From Centroscyllium fabricii (taxonomy: Eukaryota), in NCBI GenBank assembly GCA_051313645.2, contig JBNRSN020000007.1, positions 240,374,001 to 240,438,000 on the forward strand: DNA of 64,000 nt. Direction: 5' to 3'. The translations under genes were made by a program, and so were the position numbers. Positions 1 through 64,000 of this stretch are shown here, piece by piece; positions within the stretch are counted from its first letter, which is position 1; the number at the start of each line of letters is the position of its first letter. The notes under the pieces were generated by a model. The model searched no databases. It was not told where the DNA came from and saw only the letters and a list, made by a program, of their open reading frames with translations.

Positions 1-534
1 AATTTTCAGGGCCGATGGGTATTTTATAGTCTGCAAAATCAATTCCATTACTGATGTGTGCAGATTGGTCATGTTTGAATTAGCATTGTTCTGCTGTACT
101 GTAATTTTGTATGGGATAATTTGGTGGCACAGTATTTAAAAGCGACAATGTGGTGTCCCCTGGGCTGTTGGGCCACAGGTTCATCTTGGTTATCCTGATG
201 GGTTGATGACCAGTCTTGGCCATAGTCTTATGGCAGGGCTGTTCTGCAAAGGAAAGTCATCTTCGACTTCTGTCATCAGCTCCAGAGCAGCATTGACAGA
301 GACTCGGGAACAGGGTACCCAGAGTGTTGTATGGGGCAGAAGATCTGATGCCCTGATGCATTGTTCAGTTCCGTGACTGTTTCTAAATAGTGATTGTTGG
401 ACTATACTAAGTTTCTAATTTGTGTGTCACTACTAAATTACAATACTAATGTGCCTAAAGGCACCAACATGAAGAGAATTTAGCATATTTCAATGTTTTG
501 TCTGCTTGTTTTCTGTCTTGATCAAAGTTTTCAG

Positions 535-64000
<63,466 letters not shown>

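Overview
Vertebrate genomic DNA, almost certainly a shark or ray (HE1-type V-SINEs sharing a 3' tail with CR1/HER1 LINEs, plus Deu-domain SINEs). The whole window lies inside one + strand gene, ARFGEF2 (BIG2, brefeldin A-inhibited Arf-GEF 2). I traced 28 phase-consistent coding exons, 535-64000, about 1,285 codons, joined by GT-AG introns and covering HUS, Sec7 and HDS regions; the start and stop lie outside the window. Introns are packed with nested transposon debris: CR1/HER1, Rex1/Babar, RTE and L2 LINE pieces, SINEs, ten Tigger/pogo-like TA-flanked MITEs, GGCCCAGAAATT-ended DNA elements and a solo LTR. Most ORFs in the supplied track are exon read-throughs or TE remnants. Best leads: (1) a fold-back, Penelope-type element with minimal hammerhead-ribozyme motifs on both strands; (2) a second copy of it with an ADAR-hyperediting-like substitution pattern confined to the paired arms; (3) a Met->Ile change at the Sec7 brefeldin-A sensitivity position; (4) MITEs carrying YY1/NRF1 motif cassettes and captured cargo. 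Family names come from recalled consensus sequences, not from a database search; repeat boundaries are approximate unless TIRs/TSDs are quoted.
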